From NCBI GenBank assembly GCA_009844425.1, contig VYBN01000034.1:55301-119300 (forward strand): a stretch of DNA of 64,000 nucleotides, written 5' to 3'. This document shows, in pieces, positions 59,485 to 64,000 of this stretch; positions within the stretch are counted from its first letter, which is position 1; each line of letters starts with the position of its first letter. This stretch comes from Gammaproteobacteria bacterium. GTDB taxonomy: Bacteria > Pseudomonadota > Gammaproteobacteria > Steroidobacterales > Foliamicaceae. The position numbers and the translations under genes are program-made. The notes beneath the pieces were generated by a model. It did not search any database. It saw nothing but the letters and a program-made list of their open reading frames with translations, and was not told the origin of the DNA.

Positions 59485-59580
59485 GGTCGCCTGATGTATT
59501 GAAACCGTCCGGGTCGAGGGAGATTCGTGCGGGCTGCCTATAATGGACAGTCGAGTCCCGCACAGCCTGGAACGTATCCT

Positions 59581-62202
59581 GTGATTACGCGGCTTCTACA
59601 GTCCAGATCGTTTATCAACGCATTCGTGAAGATATGCGTCCTGGGCGCATCGGGCGCCATCATGGGACTGATTGCGCTGGGCATGCTGATCGCCGGCGCG
59701 TATTTCTACCTCGCCCCGGGCCTGCCAAGCGTGGAGAGCATCCGCGAGGTGCCGCTGGAGATTCCCCTGCAGGCGAACACCCGGGACGGGCGGATGATCG
59801 GCGAAGTCGGCGAGAGGTTCAGGACTCCGGTGGACCTTGAGGATGTGCCGGAGCTGCTCCGCAATGCTTTTCTCGCGGCCGAGGACGATCGCTTCTTCGA
59901 GCATCCCGGTTACGACTACCAGGGTCTGGCGCGCGCCGCGTTCAATCTGGTCCTTACGCAATCCGCCAGCCAGGGAGGCAGCACCATTACCCAGCAGCTC
60001 GCTCGCGAGTATTACGTGGGAAGGGAACGCACCTTCGTCCGCAAGGCCAGGGAACTGTTCCTTTCCCGGCGGCTTGAGCGCGAACTCAGCAAGGAAGAGA
60101 TACTCGAGCTGTATCTCAACAAGATTTTCCTCGGCAACCGCGCCTATGGCGTGGCGGCCGCCGCGCAGGTGTATTTCGGCAAGAACCTCGACGATCTGAA
60201 TATCGCCGAGAGCGCTACGCTCGCCGGCTTGCCCAAGGCGCCGTCGGCCATCAATCCCGTCAGGAACCCCCGCCGCGCCACGACTCGACGGGCGTATGTC
60301 CTGCGCAGGCTCACGGAACTGGACTTCATATCGGAAGCGGAGCGACGGGAAGCCCTGGCATTTCCCATGGAGTCCAATCTGCACGGGCCGCGCCAGGAGG
60401 TCGGGGCCCCGTGGGTCCTGGAGATGGTGCGCAAGGAAGCGATTGCCCGTTACGGAACGGAAGCGCTGACCGGCGGATATCGGGTAACGACAACGATCGA
60501 TGCCCGCATGCAGGCCGCGGCCGAACGAGCCGTGCGCCGCGGTTTGCGGGAGTACGATCGCCGGCACGGATACCGTGGCCCGGAGCAGGCCGACCTCCTG
60601 CGCAATCTGCGGGCCGAGGGGCTGCGGACCGACGCGGAACTGCTGGAATACCTGGATTCCCTGCCGCAGGTCGCGGACGCGCGGCCCGCTCTTGTGATGT
60701 CCTTCGGCGAGGCGGGCGAAGTCGAGGTCCTGGTCCAGGATGCGGCCCGCGAGGAGCTGCCGTGGGAGCGGGTGCGCCGTCGGCCCTACGTCTCCGAGAA
60801 TGAAGTCGGCCCGCAGCCCGACGGCCCCGCGGACATGTTTGCCGTGGGAGACCTGATACTGGTCCGCGATGCCGACGAAGGCGGCCTGGAACTGACACAG
60901 CGGCCGGAAGTCCAGGGCGCCCTGGTGGCCATCAATCCGCACGACGGCGGAATCGTGGCGCTTGTTGGCGGCTACGACTTCCGCCACAGCAAGTTCAATC
61001 GGGCCGTGGACGCCCTGCGTCAGCCCGGCTCCGTGTTCAAGCCGTTCATTTACTCGGCCGCGCTGGATCACGGACTGACCGCCGCCACGGTCGTGAACGA
61101 CGCACCCGTGGTCATACAGGACCCCACTTCCGAGACGGTTTGGCGCCCCAAGAACAATTCGGGAAGTTTCAACGGCCCTACCCGATTGCGCGAAGCACTC
61201 GTGCGTTCGATGAACCTCGTGTCGGTTCGCGTTCTCCAACGCGTGGGCCTGAGCGACACCATCGGCCACATCGGCGCTTTCGGCCTGCCGGATTCCTCGC
61301 TGCCGGAAAGCTATTCCCTGGCGCTGGGCTCCGGCGGCGTCCCTCCACTTGAAATTGCCCGCGGCTACGCTGTTCTGGCCAATGGCGGATATCGCGTCGA
61401 GCCCTGGCTGATCGAGCGCGTGGAGCAGGACGGCCTTCGCTACCAGGCCGATGCGGCAGTTGCCTGCCGGTCCTGTGAATTGAAGGCGGAACATGTGGGT
61501 ACAGGGTCGGCCGCCGCCGCCGAGTGGCTGAACGGTGGCGAACCGCGGATGCCGATACGCCTGGCGCATACGTTTGCCAGGGTCGATCGGCTTGCGGCGC
61601 TTTACCCCGCCGCCGAGGACTCTTTCGATCCCTACGAATCGGTGGCCCAGATGCAGGCGGCGATCCTGCAGCGCAATCCGGACGTGACCGACAGGCCCGA
61701 ACTGTTCGCGGACCAGAATCTGGCTCCGCGCGTGGTGAGCGCCGAGAATGCCTACATCGTCTACGACATGATGCGCGATGTGGTTCTGCGCGGGACCGGC
61801 AGAAGGGCGCGGGCGCTGGAGCGGCAGGACCTGGCCGGAAAGACCGGCACGTCGAACGACAACCGGGACGCCTGGTTCAGCGGCTTCAACGGGGACCTGC
61901 TGGCCACCGTGTGGGTGGGCTTCGACCAGGAACGGACGCTCGGACGCTTCGAGGAAGGCGGGCGTACCGCCTTGCCGATCTGGATCTACTTCATGGAGGA
62001 GGCGCTGGAAGGGGCGCCCGAAGCACCCCTGCCGCGCCCGCGGCGTATCGTTTCCGCCCGGGTCTCGCCCGAGACCGGCTTGCTGGCGCCGCCGGGAGAG
62101 GCTGACGCGATCTTCGAACTGTTCAGGGAAGACGCCCTTCCCGGCGCCTCGAGAGGAACCTCATCCGCCGACGCCGACGAAGAAGAAGAGGAACTCTTCT
62201 AA
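59581..62202 (+). CDS. mrcA: penicillin-binding protein 1A
   Basis: EDDRFFEH, GGSTITQQ, RKARE; SVFK, SMN and KTG transpeptidase motifs. Confidence 0.95.
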   Translation: MITRLLQSRSFINAFVKICVLGASGAIMGLIALGMLIAGAYFYLAPGLPSVESIREVPLEIPLQANTRDGRMIGEVGERFRTPVDLEDVPELLRNAFLAAEDDRFFEHPGYDYQGLARAAFNLVLTQSASQGGSTITQQLAREYYVGRERTFVRKARELFLSRRLERELSKEEILELYLNKIFLGNRAYGVAAAAQVYFGKNLDDLNIAESATLAGLPKAPSAINPVRNPRRATTRRAYVLRRLTELDFISEAERREALAFPMESNLHGPRQEVGAPWVLEMVRKEAIARYGTEALTGGYRVTTTIDARMQAAAERAVRRGLREYDRRHGYRGPEQADLLRNLRAEGLRTDAELLEYLDSLPQVADARPALVMSFGEAGEVEVLVQDAAREELPWERVRRRPYVSENEVGPQPDGPADMFAVGDLILVRDADEGGLELTQRPEVQGALVAINPHDGGIVALVGGYDFRHSKFNRAVDALRQPGSVFKPFIYSAALDHGLTAATVVNDAPVVIQDPTSETVWRPKNNSGSFNGPTRLREALVRSMNLVSVRVLQRVGLSDTIGHIGAFGLPDSSLPESYSLALGSGGVPPLEIARGYAVLANGGYRVEPWLIERVEQDGLRYQADAAVACRSCELKAEHVGTGSAAAAEWLNGGEPRMPIRLAHTFARVDRLAALYPAAEDSFDPYESVAQMQAAILQRNPDVTDRPELFADQNLAPRVVSAENAYIVYDMMRDVVLRGTGRRARALERQDLAGKTGTSNDNRDAWFSGFNGDLLATVWVGFDQERTLGRFEEGGRTALPIWIYFMEEALEGAPEAPLPRPRRIVSARVSPETGLLAPPGEADAIFELFREDALPGASRGTSSADADEEEEELF

Positions 62203-62206
62203 GCCT

Positions 62207-63484
62207 TTAACGTTCCTCCAATGGAGCGTAGCTGCGCGCCGTGGGCCCGAGATAAAGCTGGCGGGGCCGGCCGATCCGGGACTCGGAGTCCCCGTGCATT
62301 TCGCACCAGTGCGCCGCCCAGCCCGCGGTCCGGCCGATCGCGAACATGGGCGTAAACATGGTCGCCGGCAGCCCCAGCGCGCGGTAGATGATGCCGGAGT
62401 AAAAGTCCACGTTGGGATACAGGCGCCGAGCCTTGAAGTAGTTGTCGCTCAGGGCGATCTCCTCCAGTTGCCGCGCCAGCGTGAACAGCCGCCCCTTGCC
62501 GGTCTTGAGCTCCTGCAGCACTTCATGACAGATGCCCCGGATGATGGTCGCGCGCGGGTCGAAATTCTTGTAGACCCGGTGGCCGAAGCCCATCAGTCGG
62601 AAAGAATCTCCCGGGTTCTTGGCCTTTGCTACGTATTCCCCGATATTCTCCGAAGTGCCGATCTCTTCCAGCATCTGGATAACGGCCTCGTTGGCGCCGC
62701 CGTGCGCGGGACCCCACAGCGCTATGCACCCGGCGGCGAGCGCCGAGAACGGATTGACCCCGGAACTCCCGGCCATGCGCACGGTGGAAGTCGAGCAGTT
62801 CTGCTCGTGGTCCGCATGGAGCACCAGCAGCGTGTCGAGCGCCCTGGCCGCCACAGGATTGGGCTCTTCGCCGAACATCATGTAGAGCAGGTTGGCGGCG
62901 TAGCCGAGATCCTTGCGCGGCGCTATGGCCGGCTCGCCGATTGCGTTCCGGTAGGCTGCCGCCGCCACGGTCGCGATACTGGCGATTGCCCGGTGGCTGA
63001 AGCGCCGCCTGTGATCGGCGTCGCCAGGGTTGGCGCAATCGGGATATACGGACGGCATCACTGACAGCGCGACCGTCAGGGTACTCATCGGATGGGCGCC
63101 GGCGGGCATTGCGGCGATCGCATCGAGCACTTCCGGGGCGCAGGCCCGCAAGTTCGCCAATTTCTCCGAGAACGAATGCAGTTCCGTGCGCGACGGCAAC
63201 TCGCCGTTCAGCAGCAGCCAGCACACCTCGGTGAAGTTGCTGTGCCGCGCGAGATCGTCCGCGGCGTAACCGCGATACATGAGCACGCCCTTTTCACCGT
63301 CGACGTAAGTGATCCGGCTGGTGCAGCTGGCGGTGGTCGCGAATCCGGGATCGTAACTGTAGGCGCCGGTCGCCCCTGGGACGGCCTTCAGTTCCAGCGC
63401 GTCGGCGCCGAGCACGCCCGCACGCCGCGGAAGAGGCACCGAGTGCCCGTCGCGGCTAACAAGTCTGTCGCCCGTTTCGGTCAT
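62207..63484 (-). CDS. gltA: citrate synthase
   Basis: HADHEQNCST, GPAHGGAN, MGFGHRVY, YPNVDFYSG. Confidence 0.96.
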   Translation of the reverse strand: MTETGDRLVSRDGHSVPLPRRAGVLGADALELKAVPGATGAYSYDPGFATTASCTSRITYVDGEKGVLMYRGYAADDLARHSNFTEVCWLLLNGELPSRTELHSFSEKLANLRACAPEVLDAIAAMPAGAHPMSTLTVALSVMPSVYPDCANPGDADHRRRFSHRAIASIATVAAAAYRNAIGEPAIAPRKDLGYAANLLYMMFGEEPNPVAARALDTLLVLHADHEQNCSTSTVRMAGSSGVNPFSALAAGCIALWGPAHGGANEAVIQMLEEIGTSENIGEYVAKAKNPGDSFRLMGFGHRVYKNFDPRATIIRGICHEVLQELKTGKGRLFTLARQLEEIALSDNYFKARRLYPNVDFYSGIIYRALGLPATMFTPMFAIGRTAGWAAHWCEMHGDSESRIGRPRQLYLGPTARSYAPLEER

Positions 63485-63633
63485 GCAACTGCCTTGTTCC
63501 AACCCGGCAGGACGGATGGCGCAGGCGTCACGAAATCGGCTCTCCGAACACCGGGATTGGCGCTCCGTTGGGGGGTGACGCCAGCCTAGGAAAGACGCGG
63601 CCCAGAATCTGGGCGTTCGCGCCGCAAAACGTT

Positions 63634-63661
63634 ATTATAGCCCAGCCGCCGGATTGGCGAA
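63634..63661 (-). promoter_or_regulatory. putative gltA promoter
   Basis: Minus strand TTCGCC, 16 bp, TATAAT (63639-63634). Confidence 0.45.
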
Positions 63662-63682
63662 AAACTTCCGGAAATGAAGGGT

Positions 63683-63895
63683 TTAAGCGGACTTTCCTGA
63701 ACCGTACCGGCGGCGGAACTTTTCGATCTGACCTGCCGATTCCATGATTCTCTGCGAACCGGTAAAGAACGGATGGCAGGCAGAACATACTTCCACCCGA
63801 ATGTCCTCACTCAAGGTCGAGCGAGTGATCAGTTCCCGGCCACAACTGCAAGTGACCTTGATCTCGTTGTACTTTGGATGTATTCCGGACTTCAC
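63683..63895 (-). CDS. rpmE: 50S ribosomal protein L31 (Zn-binding type)
   Basis: GIHPKY, CSCG, CSACHPFFTG, KFRRRYG. Confidence 0.96.
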   Translation of the reverse strand: MKSGIHPKYNEIKVTCSCGRELITRSTLSEDIRVEVCSACHPFFTGSQRIMESAGQIEKFRRRYGSGKSA

Positions 63896-64000
63896 GGGTT
63901 GCGGCCCCGGCTGACAGCGCGAGCGGGGCGGAAGCATAACCGAATAGCGGCCCGTCTTCAATCCGGCCGGACCTGCCCGAGGAGCGCGCATCATCGCGCT

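Noticed and set aside
59596-61569. Long antisense and alternate-frame ORFs (also 45265-47178, 29806-31320, 40692-42149, 26253-27659)
   Set aside because: They overlap well-supported genes, have no motifs, and are expected at high GC.
61440-61730. Insertion within the PBP1A transpeptidase domain as a possible intein
   Set aside because: No intein terminal motifs; variable inserts at this position are common in PBP1A.

Overview
GC-rich bacterial chromosome segment, most likely a gammaproteobacterium (ponA-pilMNOQ-aroK-aroB-dgt, gpsA, envC, gshA, ppsA/ppsR synteny). It has three zones. (1) 1-11.9 kb, a visibly lower-GC defence island: higBA, a remnant of a second higA, a Dcm-Vsr-GHKL/MORC ATPase-Z1-PD-(D/E)XK-AIPR (Mza-like) operon and an ABC-ATPase/TOPRIM-like pair. 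(2) 11.9-22.8 kb, an accessory catabolic cluster: P450, enolase-superfamily enzyme, opine dehydrogenase, ALDH, an orphan dipicolinate synthase A-like gene and two amidohydrolases, with a divergent CobW GTPase and a degenerate PhyH-like gene. (3) 23-64 kb, housekeeping genes, including lower mevalonate pathway genes. The most striking observation is a family of four ~100-110 bp intergenic palindromes with a conserved core of two GGA motifs (CsrA/RsmA-site-like) and copy-specific, self-complementary arms. The second is a full-length PEP carboxylase homologue lacking several catalytic residues. All calls come from motif reading by eye; no database search was run, so novelty is unverified.
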